From Armatimonadota bacterium (lineage in GTDB: Bacteria > Armatimonadota > SYMT01), in the NCBI GenBank assembly GCA_041690135.1, contig JAWLHY010000001.1, positions 896,001 through 960,000 of the forward strand: DNA of 64,000 nt, given 5' to 3'. The first letter of the stretch is position 1. The number at the start of each line of letters is the position of its first letter. The notes under the pieces were generated by a model. The model was not told the DNA's origin, did no database searches, and was given only the letters and a program-made list of their open reading frames with translations. The translations under genes and the position numbers were made by a program. This document shows positions 50,771 through 60,464 of this stretch, piece by piece.

Positions 50771-50834
50771 GCGTTCCGGAGGCCAAGATGCGAACAGTAT
50801 ATCAGAAGCCTTGCCGTCCCTATCCTAATCGCAA

Positions 50835-51386
50835 TCATCCATATTCGACCGCAGGCCCTTCATCCTTCCAAAGCGGGGGCATCGGCTGCGGCCCTTCCCG
50901 CAGAACCGCGGTCTCGAACGCCAGCAGGGCCTGTTTGCAGGGCAGGCCACCTCCGTAGCCGGTAAGGGAGCCGTTCGCGCCGATGACCCGGTGGCACGGC
51001 ACGATGATGGAGATCGGGTTGCGACCGTTCGCGAGCCCCACCGCGCGGCAGGCCTTGGGGTTTCCCACCTCTCCGGCAAGTTGCCCATAGCTCCAGGTGG
51101 CTCCGTAGGGAATCTTTGTTAGGATCTCCCACACGCGTTGTTGAAACGGGGTCCCCCGCCCGCCCAGTGGCACGTCGAACGACTGCCGTTCGCCCCGGAA
51201 GTACTCCGAGAGCTGCTCCCCCACGCGGGAGAACAGGGGGTGTGCGTCGTCGCGCCGCCAGTCAGGGCCCATGGAAGGTCCGTGGCGGGGATCGGGCAGG
51301 TAGAGACCGGTAAGCCGGTCACCGTCCGTCAGCAGCAGCAGTTCCCCCACGGGACTCGCGTATCGGGTGTAACAGGTATGGCTCAT
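50835..51386 (-). CDS. ogt: Methylated-DNA-protein-cysteine methyltransferase
   Basis: GTPFQ..VW, IPYG...SY, RAVG.ANG.NP, PCHRVIG; ATGA overlap with the upstream gene. Confidence 0.95.
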   Translation of the reverse strand: MSHTCYTRYASPVGELLLLTDGDRLTGLYLPDPRHGPSMGPDWRRDDAHPLFSRVGEQLSEYFRGERQSFDVPLGGRGTPFQQRVWEILTKIPYGATWSYGQLAGEVGNPKACRAVGLANGRNPISIIVPCHRVIGANGSLTGYGGGLPCKQALLAFETAVLREGPQPMPPLWKDEGPAVEYG

Positions 51387-52840
51387 GGCTTTTTCTCCAG
51401 GCTGTTCCAGAGGTGCATGGCGGCGTAGGCGCGCCAGGGCCGCCATGGTTCGGCCAGGGTGCGGACCTGGGCCGTCGAGACGCCGCCCAGCACCTGGCGC
51501 AAGACGAGGTCGGAGGCGGGAAAAGCGTCGGGCCAGCGCAAGGCGCGTAGCGCAATGTACTGCGCTGTCCAGTCCCCAATACCCGGTAGTGCCGTGAGGC
51601 GCGCCAGCATCTGCTCGATGTCGGCTCCGGGCTCCAGGCGGATCTCGCCGCCGGCCACCGCGCGAGCCAGGGACTGAAGACTGACGGCCCGCGAGCGCGT
51701 GACGCCCAGCGCTGTCAACTCCGAGAGATCGGCTTCTGCGATCGGCTGCGGCCGGGGCGACAGGTGGGTTAAGCCCGGCTGGGGAGTAGTGATGGGTTCT
51801 CCAAAGGCGCGGACGAACCGCCCCGCCAGGGTGGTGGCGGCCCGCACGCTGATCTGCTGTCCGAGGATGGCGCGTAACCCCAGTTCGAAACCGTCGAATG
51901 CCCCCGGCACGCGCAGGCCCGGGTGCCGTTCTAGGGCCGGAGCCAGCCGCGGGTCGGCGCGGAGGTGATCTGCAATGGGAACGGGGTTCGCGTGCAGGTC
52001 AAACAGGTGCTTCACCCGGGCCAGGACCCCCATCAGCACCGGCGCCAGGGAGTGACTCACTTCCAGTTGAAGGGCGTCCTTTCCCGCCGCCGGTTCGACG
52101 GAGAGCCACCCTGCATGTTCTCCGAGGCGGACGGTGCGACAGTAGCGCTCCCCTTCCACCTGCTCTGCCCCGGCAAAAGCCCGGCCACCCAACCACCCCA
52201 GCAGTGGCTCCCAGGCCATCGGAGGGCGGTAGGTCAGCTCCAGGCGAATTGAGTCCGCTGCCGTCGGCTCCCCAGCCTCGGCCCGGCTCTTGCGCAAGTC
52301 GGAAGGCGAGAGGCGATAACGCTCCCGGAAGAGGGTGTTGAAGCGGCTCACGCTGGAGAACCCACTTGCAAAAGCCACCTCCGTGATCGGCAAAGTGGAA
52401 TCGGTCAACAGCCGCTTGGCCAGCAGTAATCGTTGCGTCTGTGCCAGCTCGATGGGAGAGAGCCCCACCTCTTCCCGCAGCACCCGCCGCAGTTGCCGGG
52501 CGCTCAAGCCCAGGTGCGTCGCCAGGTCGTCCAACGTTCCTTCGTTCAAAGCGCCATCCTCGATGCGCCGGACGGCGGCAACCGCGGCCCGGTGCGGTGC
52601 ATCGATCTGGGCCATTCCGGGCGCCAGTTCCGGGCGGCAGCGCAGGCACGGCCGGAATCCCGCCCGCTCCGCCAGGGCCGCGGAAGCGAAGAAGCGGCAG
52701 TTCTCACGGTGCGGCGTTTTGGCCGGGCAGATGGGGCGACAGTAGATACCCGTTGTCGCTACCCCAACGAAGAAGAGCCCGTCAAAGCGTGCGTCGTGTG
52801 TGGTCAAAGCCTGATAGCAGCGTTCCGAGTCGAGTAACAT
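51383..52840 (-). CDS. alkA: Ada-AlkA fusion (Ada Zn-binding + AraC HTH + 3-methyladenine glycosylase)
   Basis: TTGIYCRPIC, GFRPCLRCRP, ASGFSS..RFN, AILGQQISV, LPGIG.WTA.Y, DAFPA.D. Confidence 0.95.
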   Translation of the reverse strand: MLLDSERCYQALTTHDARFDGLFFVGVATTGIYCRPICPAKTPHRENCRFFASAALAERAGFRPCLRCRPELAPGMAQIDAPHRAAVAAVRRIEDGALNEGTLDDLATHLGLSARQLRRVLREEVGLSPIELAQTQRLLLAKRLLTDSTLPITEVAFASGFSSVSRFNTLFRERYRLSPSDLRKSRAEAGEPTAADSIRLELTYRPPMAWEPLLGWLGGRAFAGAEQVEGERYCRTVRLGEHAGWLSVEPAAGKDALQLEVSHSLAPVLMGVLARVKHLFDLHANPVPIADHLRADPRLAPALERHPGLRVPGAFDGFELGLRAILGQQISVRAATTLAGRFVRAFGEPITTPQPGLTHLSPRPQPIAEADLSELTALGVTRSRAVSLQSLARAVAGGEIRLEPGADIEQMLARLTALPGIGDWTAQYIALRALRWPDAFPASDLVLRQVLGGVSTAQVRTLAEPWRPWRAYAAMHLWNSLEKKP

Positions 52841-52932
52841 ACCCCCTTCTTAGCAGATCCGGAACGGAAGTGCTCTCCGTTTTCGGACATGAAACGGGGC
52901 CGCACGCTTGTGGGAGAAGCCTGGAATTTTCT

Positions 52933-52961
52933 GGAACTTTTCCGCCGCGAGCGGCATCTGG
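52933..52961 (+). promoter_or_regulatory. Possible ECF/sigmaE-type promoter for the histidine kinase
   Basis: GGAACTT-17 nt-TCTGG resembles the sigmaE consensus. Confidence 0.35.
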
Positions 52962-52995
52962 TATTTAGACATTATTTAGCATCGGGACCCGCAGC

Positions 52996-54006
52996 GTGCT
53001 CAATATCCTCAATCGCCAGCCCTGTTCGCGGATCGTCGGCCTCGGCTTCGTCCTGACTTTTCTCGTCTTCCTGGCCGACTACCTGACCGGCGTCGATTCG
53101 TCGGTCCTCATCCTCTATGTGTTGCCGGTCTGCATCGTGGCGTGGTTTGCCGGACGCCGTTGGGGAGTCGTCACTTCCCTGGCGTGCGGATTGGCCTGGT
53201 TCATCGCCGATGCTCTCGTTCACCGGACAGGCTTTACCTGGATGGCGGGTTGGAACGCCGTGATGCGCGGCGGTGTATTCATCGCCCTCTCCGTTACCGT
53301 GTCGGCCCTGAGTGAATCCGCCCGCCGCAAGGAGGAGTTGCTCCATTTCATTGTCCATGACCTGCGTTCGCCGCTCACGAACGTGCTCTCCGGACTACAA
53401 ACGCTCCAGCACCATTCGGAAGGGCTGGATGAGGTCCAAAGGGAGGTCGTGGGTATTGCGGCGACCTCGGCTACCCGGATGTCGGTCCTGATCGATTCCT
53501 TGCTGGATCTCCCGCGCCTGGAGAGCCAGTCGCTGCCGCTCAAGGTCCGGACCGTTTCGAGCGACGAGATCCTGGAAGCGGCGCGCAGCCAGGTGAGCCT
53601 CTGGGCCCGGCAGAGCGGCGTCACCTTGCGGATCGAACCACATCCCGGCACTCCGCCCGTGCAAGTCGACCCGGACGTCACCGGAAGGGTGCTGGTCAAC
53701 CTGTTGGCCAACGCGCTCAAGTTCAGCCCGGTCGGGGGAACGGTGACGTTGCGGGTTGCCCCGCATGAGGAGGGCATGGTCTCCTTCAGCGTGAGCGACG
53801 AGGGCCCCGGAGTTCCCGCGGAATGGCTCGAGCGGGTGTTCGACCAGTACGCGCAGGTGGAAGGCTCCCGCGCCTCAGTCCGCGGCACCGGTCTTGGGCT
53901 TTCCTTTTGCCGGATGGCCGTCCACGCGCAGCAAGGTCGCATCTGGATGGAGAGCAGCCTGGGAAAAGGAACCACGGTCATCTTCACGGCCCCTTCGGCC
54001 GGCTAG
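52996..54006 (+). CDS. Membrane sensor histidine kinase (orphan)
   Basis: N-terminal TMs, HDLRSPL, NLLANALKF, D.GPG, GTGLGL. Confidence 0.93.
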   Translation: MLNILNRQPCSRIVGLGFVLTFLVFLADYLTGVDSSVLILYVLPVCIVAWFAGRRWGVVTSLACGLAWFIADALVHRTGFTWMAGWNAVMRGGVFIALSVTVSALSESARRKEELLHFIVHDLRSPLTNVLSGLQTLQHHSEGLDEVQREVVGIAATSATRMSVLIDSLLDLPRLESQSLPLKVRTVSSDEILEAARSQVSLWARQSGVTLRIEPHPGTPPVQVDPDVTGRVLVNLLANALKFSPVGGTVTLRVAPHEEGMVSFSVSDEGPGVPAEWLERVFDQYAQVEGSRASVRGTGLGLSFCRMAVHAQQGRIWMESSLGKGTTVIFTAPSAG

Positions 54007-54010
54007 AATC

Positions 54011-54568
54011 GTGAAACGCACGGTCACCACCTGCTACCTGGAGATGACGGACCCGGCGGACCTGCGCCCGGCCCGCGCCAGGCCGGAATTGGAGGTGGTA
54101 CGGGCCGAGATCTCCAGCCCAGAGCTTTCGCGCTACCTCTACACTGCGGTCGGCGGGCCCTGGTTCTGGACGGACCGCCTGGACTGGTCGTACTCCCGCT
54201 GGCGCGACTATCTCGACCGGCCGGAGGTCGAGACGTGGGTCGGCAGCGTTCGGGGGACGCCGGCAGGTTACTTCGAACTCGAACGACAGGCCGATGCGAA
54301 CGTAGAGATCGTCTACTTCGGGCTGCTGCCGCAGTTCATTGGCCAGGGCCTGGGCGGGTGCCTTCTGACCCGGGCGGTGGAGCGCGCGTGGGAAGGGAAC
54401 ACCCGAAGGGTTTGGGTCCACACCTGCACGCTGGACGGCCCCCTGGCCTTGCGAAACTACCTGGCCCGGGGTTTCCGCCTCTACCGCGAGGTTACCCAGG
54501 AAGCAGAACTTCCTGCCGTTCCGCCAGGCCCGTGGCCTGGCGCTGGCGCTGGCGCCGTCATCGGATGA
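54011..54568 (+). CDS. GNAT family acetyltransferase
   Basis: YFGL.PQFIGQGLG, VWVHTCTLD, NY.ARGF; GTG start. Confidence 0.9.
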   Translation: MKRTVTTCYLEMTDPADLRPARARPELEVVRAEISSPELSRYLYTAVGGPWFWTDRLDWSYSRWRDYLDRPEVETWVGSVRGTPAGYFELERQADANVEIVYFGLLPQFIGQGLGGCLLTRAVERAWEGNTRRVWVHTCTLDGPLALRNYLARGFRLYREVTQEAELPAVPPGPWPGAGAGAVIG

Positions 54569-54574
54569 AGGCCT

Positions 54575-54871
54575 TCAGTCTCTGCCTTTTTCGCACTCCT
54601 GCAGAGCCCGGAGAATCGCCTGCCAGCGTCGACGTTCGATCCGCTGCGTCGCGATCATGATCCCGAAGACGATGGCTACACCTAGCTGCAGGCTTCCCAG
54701 CACCAGGCGCGTAATGCCCTTCACATACGCGCCACTGTAGAGCTGGTCAACCTGGAAGCCCGCAAAGGCCTTCCACACCAGGTCGGCTAAAGTATGTCCC
54801 TCTCGGCTCCCGAAGAATGCGGCGAGTCCGACTAAGGCGAACGGATCCGGCAGTTCGTTCCACAAGTGCAC
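54575..54871 (-). CDS. Small hypothetical membrane protein
   Basis: Hydrophobic ORF filling the gap; weak resemblance to TM2 motifs. Confidence 0.45.
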   Translation of the reverse strand: MHLWNELPDPFALVGLAAFFGSREGHTLADLVWKAFAGFQVDQLYSGAYVKGITRLVLGSLQLGVAIVFGIMIATQRIERRRWQAILRALQECEKGRD

Positions 54872-54937
54872 GCGGAGTCACCCAGGTGAATGCCACAGCC
54901 GGCGCCTCCACCGCGGCGGCGCCGGTAGCAGCCCTGC

Positions 54938-56245
54938 TTACTCGTGCCGGAGCGCCTGGATCGGGTTGAGCGCCGACGCTTTCATGGCCGGGTAGATCCC
55001 GAAGAAGATTCCCACGAACGCCGAGGAGCAGAATGAGATGAGCATCGGCGTCATCGTGATGTAGGTGGTGAACCCGAGACCGCCCTCGCTGTTTGGCTTG
55101 CCCATCCAGACCGCCAGCCCAATCCCGATGAGGATCCCCAGCATCCCGCCCATGAGGGAAAGGGTAACGGACTCGATCAGGAACTGGTACAGGATGTGCT
55201 TGCGCTTGGCGCCGATAGCTCGCCGGATACCGATCTCCCGCGTGCGCTCGGTCACCGTGACCAGCATGATGTTCATGATCCCGATGCCGCCCACCACCAG
55301 CGAGATGGCCGCAATGCCGGAGAGGAGCATGGTGAGAAAGCTGCTTTGCTGCGTCGCCGTCTCGAGGAGCTCCTGCTGGTTGAAAATGCGCACGCTGGGT
55401 GGATCGCCCTCCGGAACCTTGTGCGCCTTCGCCATGATCCGGTAGACCTCTTCCTCCACGTCGAGCATGCGGTCTACCGAGACAGCCGAAACACTGATGG
55501 CGCGGATGCTCTCCGTACGGAAGAGGCGACGCATCGACGTGGTAATGGGGATGCTGACCGTGTCGTCTTTGTTGGCAAAGGGTACCGCGCCCTGCTGCTT
55601 CTGCACCCCAATGACCCGGAAGCGCTTACTATTGATCAGGATCGACTTCCCAACCGCTGTCTGCGGTTGATCGTTGAACAGCTCCTCCGCAACCTCGTGG
55701 CCCAGGATAGCCACCAATGCCTTCTGCTCGATCTCCGCGGCCGTGAACATGCGCCCGACCGCTAATGGGAGGTTCCGGACCTCGAAGTACTCGGGAGTGA
55801 CCCCGTAAATGTCCGTAAGCGAATTCCGGTTCCTATACTCCACACGGATGCCGCTGTTGCGGACCTCGGGCGCTACGGCCGTGATGTAGCGCGCTTGCTT
55901 GCGGAGCATCTCCACATGCTCCAAGCGCATGTGCTCGCCGGAGCCTTGCCCCTGGCTCACACCGTTGCGGCGCAGTTCCTGCGGGCGAATGTAGAGACGG
56001 TTCGTGCCGAGCTTCTTGATCGACTCCTCCGTGGACTTCGCCGCGCCCTCTCCCAGGGCCACCATGACGATCACGGCCGAGACCCCGATGATCACGCCCA
56101 ACATCGTGAGGAAGGAGCGCATCTTGTTGGCCATCAACCCCCCCAGCGCGACCCGGAAGGGTTCCGTAAGACCCATTCCGCGATAGCGGGCGGCGGCAGG
56201 CACGGAAGGCAGCAGTGGTGTGGACGGGGATTCGAGTACGCTCAT
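54938..56245 (-). CDS. MacB/FtsX-like ABC transporter permease
   Basis: NKMRSFLTMLGVIIGV, ISLVVGGIGIMNIMLV.VTERTREIGIRRAIGA, GIYPA.KA..LNPI.ALR.E. Confidence 0.95.
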   Translation of the reverse strand: MSVLESPSTPLLPSVPAAARYRGMGLTEPFRVALGGLMANKMRSFLTMLGVIIGVSAVIVMVALGEGAAKSTEESIKKLGTNRLYIRPQELRRNGVSQGQGSGEHMRLEHVEMLRKQARYITAVAPEVRNSGIRVEYRNRNSLTDIYGVTPEYFEVRNLPLAVGRMFTAAEIEQKALVAILGHEVAEELFNDQPQTAVGKSILINSKRFRVIGVQKQQGAVPFANKDDTVSIPITTSMRRLFRTESIRAISVSAVSVDRMLDVEEEVYRIMAKAHKVPEGDPPSVRIFNQQELLETATQQSSFLTMLLSGIAAISLVVGGIGIMNIMLVTVTERTREIGIRRAIGAKRKHILYQFLIESVTLSLMGGMLGILIGIGLAVWMGKPNSEGGLGFTTYITMTPMLISFCSSAFVGIFFGIYPAMKASALNPIQALRHE

Positions 56246-56442
56246 GCGGCAGTCAGCACAGTGAGATCTAGTAGGATTGGCAAGCTCTGCCAGAAATCCG
56301 GCAACGACGATAATCCGAACCAGATCAGTTATGACCCCATTAGGGGTGTGCTGTTTCGGGAGGCGCCCCTTTCTCAAGGGAATCGCTACAGATAGCGGTT
56401 GGAGAGCGAGTAACCACCCCCCACCTGCACGACAGACCAGGT

Positions 56443-56477
56443 GGTGACTTGCGTCACATTACGGGAACTCGTATACT
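56443..56477 (+). promoter_or_regulatory. Sigma70 promoter overlapped by a CRP/FNR-like site
   Basis: TTGCGT(56449)-17 nt-TATACT(56472); GGTGA-N6-TCACA at 56443-56458. Confidence 0.55.
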
Positions 56478-56596
56478 TACCCGGCTACGTAATCTAGTAA
56501 ACCTCGTGCGCAAAAAAGTTTTCCGGTCCCAAACCGGCCGCGCTGAGGACCGAGCCAAGCCGGCTCACCGCCATCATCTAATCCATTTATTTGCCT

Positions 56597-57682
56597 ATGA
56601 CACCTTTTATTCAGCTTGCTATCTCGTTCATTACGGGCGCCTCTCCGGCTCCGAAGCCGGTAGTCGCCCCGCAGCCGGTGGTCGCTCCGCAGATCGCGCC
56701 GGTTCCGTTGTTCCTGAGTGCCGTTTCCGCGGACCGGTCGGCGGCAGCCGCGCGTGTGGCTCAGACGCCGCCGAGCGCGGAGGTCGTGGCGCGTGCCCGG
56801 CAGACGGTGCAGCACCAGGCCGAGGAGGGACGGCGAGGCAAGCTGTATCACCGCTTCCGGTTCTCGGATGGTATGGAAGTCGAATTCAGCGACCGTCCGC
56901 GCCGTGGTAGGGAGCGTGCCCGTCGGGACCGTGTGGTGGTTCACGCCGGCGTGGAAACGGCGGACCGCGAGCCGGCCAGCACCTTCGAGGCCGCCGGTCG
57001 TGCCGCGGGAGTTTCCGCGGAGGCGGTGACTGCCCTGAAGTACGTCTCCGGCCACGAGGGCGGTTTCGACGCCATCAACACCTGGGACTCCGCCCGCTTT
57101 AGTTGGGGGTTCATCCAGTTCGCCGGGGGACGCGGCCTGCCGCCGCTGCTGGCCCACATGAAGGAACGCAACCCGGAACGTTTCGCGGAGTTGCTGGGCC
57201 GCTATGGCGTGGACGTGCAGCGCGATGAGAGCGGCGATCCGGAACCTGTGTATGTGAGCCCGGAGTCCGGCAAAGTGCTGCGGGGCAATGCCGCCGAGCA
57301 GGCCTATGGGGATGATCCGTTGGTGATTGCCGCGTTCATCCGCGCCGCCCGCTATCCGGAAATCAAGCAGCTTCAGATCGAGTCGGCAATCGAGAACTAC
57401 GTCGAGCCGGCGCTGGAAATGAAGTGGAAGGACGTGCCGCTGGGCCAGGTGCTCCGGACGCCCAAGACGCTGGCGCTGCTCATCGACCGGAAGGTCCACG
57501 AGGGCAACACCGCCCGGTTCCGCCGCGCGCTCGACCGCGTTTGCGCCGACCCGGCCATCGCGCCGGCCCTGGAGTCCGAAGTGGCGGCGCGTGTTGTGAG
57601 CGAGGCCGCGGCCCGCTCCGGCGCCATGATCCGCAACCGGCTGGTCAACATCTGGACCTCGGATCTTCCCGGCCCGCAGTAA
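56597..57682 (+). CDS. Hypothetical protein with lysozyme-like motif (putative peptidoglycan hydrolase)
   Basis: HEGGFDAINTWD...FSWGFIQF; Pro/Ala/Val-rich N-terminus. Confidence 0.65.
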   Translation: MTPFIQLAISFITGASPAPKPVVAPQPVVAPQIAPVPLFLSAVSADRSAAAARVAQTPPSAEVVARARQTVQHQAEEGRRGKLYHRFRFSDGMEVEFSDRPRRGRERARRDRVVVHAGVETADREPASTFEAAGRAAGVSAEAVTALKYVSGHEGGFDAINTWDSARFSWGFIQFAGGRGLPPLLAHMKERNPERFAELLGRYGVDVQRDESGDPEPVYVSPESGKVLRGNAAEQAYGDDPLVIAAFIRAARYPEIKQLQIESAIENYVEPALEMKWKDVPLGQVLRTPKTLALLIDRKVHEGNTARFRRALDRVCADPAIAPALESEVAARVVSEAAARSGAMIRNRLVNIWTSDLPGPQ

Positions 57683-57840
57683 GCGGCTCCGGCCGCTTCC
57701 GCTCCGGAGTTTGGCCGACTACCTGTAGCAACAAGAATGGAAGAAGTGAATAATGGGGGAATGGATGAGCCGGGCCTCGCCGCGACTTCCATTCCCCCAT
57801 TTTCGCGCCGCTTGACTCCGAAGTGGCCTCGTACCCTGTC

Positions 57841-57874
57841 CTCTTGCTCCTGCTCTTACTCCTAATCCTAATCC
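57841..57874. repeat. Degenerate hexamer tandem repeat
   Basis: ctcttg ctcctg ctctta ctccta atccta in a convergent intergenic region. Confidence 0.5.
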
Positions 57875-57917
57875 GGCCCTCCCCACTTCATCTCGCCTTT
57901 CGTGCTCATCTATCCCA

Positions 57918-58640
57918 TCAGGGCTTCGGAGGCACCTCCCACGGATAGCGGCCCTCCGCATCCGGCCATTCGGACAGTTTCTCCGCCGGAAGCTTCTGCA
58001 CGCGCCCGTCCCAGAATGCGACCAGGGCCCGCTTGCCGGGCTTGACCGCACCGGTCCTTCGGTCCATCTCCGCATGATAGAGGCACCAGGTCACCACGGC
58101 GTTGTCGGCCGGCTCCGGCGCTGCCAGGAGCCGGCGGTCACCCGGAGTCCACTCCGCGTTGCCGGTCCAGTCCGGGCAGTAGTGGCGTTCGCAAAGCGGC
58201 GTGGAAGAGCCGGGGTTCCGCACCTGGACGTCATAGCTGCTGAAAGCGGGGATCATGGCCACGGTCCCGGTGAAGCGGTTCACTGCGGGCGCCAGTTCGT
58301 CATGGCTCCGGAACTTGACGGGGCTGTGAGAGCAAGTGAAGGAGAGCCAATCTTTAACGTACATGGGGTAGAGCCGGGTCTCCACGGTCCGGCCGTCGTA
58401 GGAGATCCCGTAGAGTGCGTCCGGAACCTCGCCATGGTCGTCCCGGTACATCTTGAGACCCTGGATCATTGCCTTCAGGTTGGACATGCACGCCCCCTGC
58501 CGGGGTCCCCGTTCGACATTGACGGTGGGCACAAGCAACGCCAGTGCGAAGATCACCCCCGTCACCACCATCAACTCCCGCAGGGTGAACCCGCGAGGCC
58601 GGTGATCCCAGGACCTGTTCCCACGCACGTGCTGGATCAT
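57918..58640 (-). CDS. Prepilin-type (DUF1559-like) protein
   Basis: RG|FTLRELMVV, C.SNLK, LYP.YVK....F.C, H...ALVAFWDG.V. Confidence 0.85.
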   Translation of the reverse strand: MIQHVRGNRSWDHRPRGFTLRELMVVTGVIFALALLVPTVNVERGPRQGACMSNLKAMIQGLKMYRDDHGEVPDALYGISYDGRTVETRLYPMYVKDWLSFTCSHSPVKFRSHDELAPAVNRFTGTVAMIPAFSSYDVQVRNPGSSTPLCERHYCPDWTGNAEWTPGDRRLLAAPEPADNAVVTWCLYHAEMDRRTGAVKPGKRALVAFWDGRVQKLPAEKLSEWPDAEGRYPWEVPPKP

Positions 58641-58818
58641 TCCCAGACCTCTCCCCCACTGGCACTCGCAACCACCCGGCTAATTGCCTGACGCTCCGCG
58701 ATCCGCACGGGTTCCCGATCTCTTCCTGAAGGTGTGGGGGAGCTTTCCGGGAGTTCGATGTGGCGACTCCAATGATCGCCGCAATCGCCCGGTGTTTCGC
58801 GCCGCCCAGGTGCGTGAG

Positions 58819-59031
58819 GGGAGTCCGGACGCCAGTCCGGGGTTCGGAAGCGGCGGCCGCAAGGATGGCCGGACGCTAAACAGAACCGCGGAAGTCAGGT
58901 CGCCATCGGGGTCCGCGACGGGCTGAAGCCGCGCCGCTCCCGTTACCCTGCGGGGTGCCCGCCTTCGCGGGCACAGTCCGGCGAGGAGATGGGCACCCTA
59001 ATCAGCGGTTTTGTTTAGCGTCCGGACTCCC
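58819..59031. repeat. Palindromic REP/REPIN-like intergenic element
   Basis: 58869-58889 vs 59005-59025 inverted (20/21); 58819-58832 vs 59018-59031 inverted (14/14); internal GGGCTGAAGCC. Confidence 0.65.
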
Positions 59032-59165
59032 ACCCCGCGCTCTAAAAAATGGATTCGCCGGGACAGCAATCACGCCAGAGGACCGGGTGACGGCTTCCAC
59101 AGGAGGTTTCTCCGGCTGACCGTTGAAGAGATGGAGGTGCGTTGTATTCCGCTGAAGCTTTAGTG

Positions 59166-60464
59166 ATGAAAACTCCCTCCCGGTTCAAAGCGCTCCTGCC
59201 GTTCGTCGCCCTTCTTGCCGCCATTACCGCGACGGTTCAGGCCGCCCCGCCCGAGGCCCGCTGGCCGGACTTCCGCGGCCCACGCGGCGATGGTCGTGGT
59301 CCTGCGGAGGTGCACCTGCCGGTCACCTGGAGCGAAACGCAGCACGTCCGGTGGAAGGTGCCTATCCACGGCCGCGCCTGGTCCTCGCCCGTGGTGTGGG
59401 GCAACCAGGTCTGGCTCACCACGGCCACGGAGGACGGAAAGCGGATGTCGGCCCTCTGTGTGGACCGCGCGACCGGGCGCATCCTGTTGGACCGGGAGGT
59501 CTTCTCCAACGCCGACCCGGAGCCGCTGGGGCTGGGGCAAGAGGGAAACACCTACGCTTCCCCCTCACCCGTCATCGAGGCGGGGCGGGTGTACCTCCAC
59601 TTCGGCACCTACGGCACGGCCTGCCTCGACACGCACACCTTTGCCACCCTCTGGCAGCGGCGCGACCTCAACTGCACGCACTCCGTGGGCCCCGGATCCT
59701 CGCCGGTGCTCTTCCGCGACCGTCTCATCCTCACCCTCGACGGTACCGACCACCAGTACCTCGTTGCCCTGGACACGAAGACCGGTAAGACGCTCTGGAA
59801 GACGGACCGCTCCGCCAACTGGACCGTGGGCGATCCGCGCGACCGCACGCCCCAGCACGAACAGAAGAAGGCGTTCAGCACCCCGCTGCTGACCGAGTGG
59901 CAGGGGCGGCCGCTCCTCATCAGCAGCGGCGCCAAGGCGACCTACGCCTACGACCCCACCAACGGCCGGGAGTTATGGAAGGTCGCCTATAAGGGATTCT
60001 CCAACGGCTCCCGTCCGGTGGCCGGGCACGGGATGGCGTTCATCAACACCGGCTACCACCGCGCAGAGCTCTGGGCGGTGAAGTTGGGTGGCCAGGGCGA
60101 CGTCACCCGCAGCCACGTCGCCTGGTCCTACACCCGCAATGTCCCGCTGAACCCCTCGCCGGTGTTGATAGGCGACCACCTCTACCTGCTCAACCACGGA
60201 GGCATTCTCACCTGCCTCGACGCGAAGACCGGAGTGGAGGTCTGGAAAGAGCGCCTCCCCGGCACCTATACGGCCTCGCCACTCTACGCCGGCGGTTACT
60301 TCTATTGCTTCGGCGAGCGAGGCCAGGCGGCGGTCCTCAAGCCCGGGCCGCAGTTGCAGAAGGTCGCCGAGAACCAGTTGGGCGAAGGCTGCATGGCCAG
60401 CCCCGCCGTCGCCGGCGATTCCCTGGTGATCCGTACCCGCACGCACCTCTACTGCCTCAACTGA
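59166..60464 (+). CDS. PQQ-like beta-propeller protein (BamB-like, secreted)
   Basis: WPDFRGP.G, W.E...V.WK, SSPV, repeated LD.KTG..W, ASPA....L.IRT..HLYC. Confidence 0.9.
   Translation: MKTPSRFKALLPFVALLAAITATVQAAPPEARWPDFRGPRGDGRGPAEVHLPVTWSETQHVRWKVPIHGRAWSSPVVWGNQVWLTTATEDGKRMSALCVDRATGRILLDREVFSNADPEPLGLGQEGNTYASPSPVIEAGRVYLHFGTYGTACLDTHTFATLWQRRDLNCTHSVGPGSSPVLFRDRLILTLDGTDHQYLVALDTKTGKTLWKTDRSANWTVGDPRDRTPQHEQKKAFSTPLLTEWQGRPLLISSGAKATYAYDPTNGRELWKVAYKGFSNGSRPVAGHGMAFINTGYHRAELWAVKLGGQGDVTRSHVAWSYTRNVPLNPSPVLIGDHLYLLNHGGILTCLDAKTGVEVWKERLPGTYTASPLYAGGYFYCFGERGQAAVLKPGPQLQKVAENQLGEGCMASPAVAGDSLVIRTRTHLYCLN

Noticed and set aside
56484-56590. c-di-GMP or c-di-AMP riboswitch in the leader
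   Set aside because: Only a GTAAACC fragment matches; the other conserved motifs are not found.
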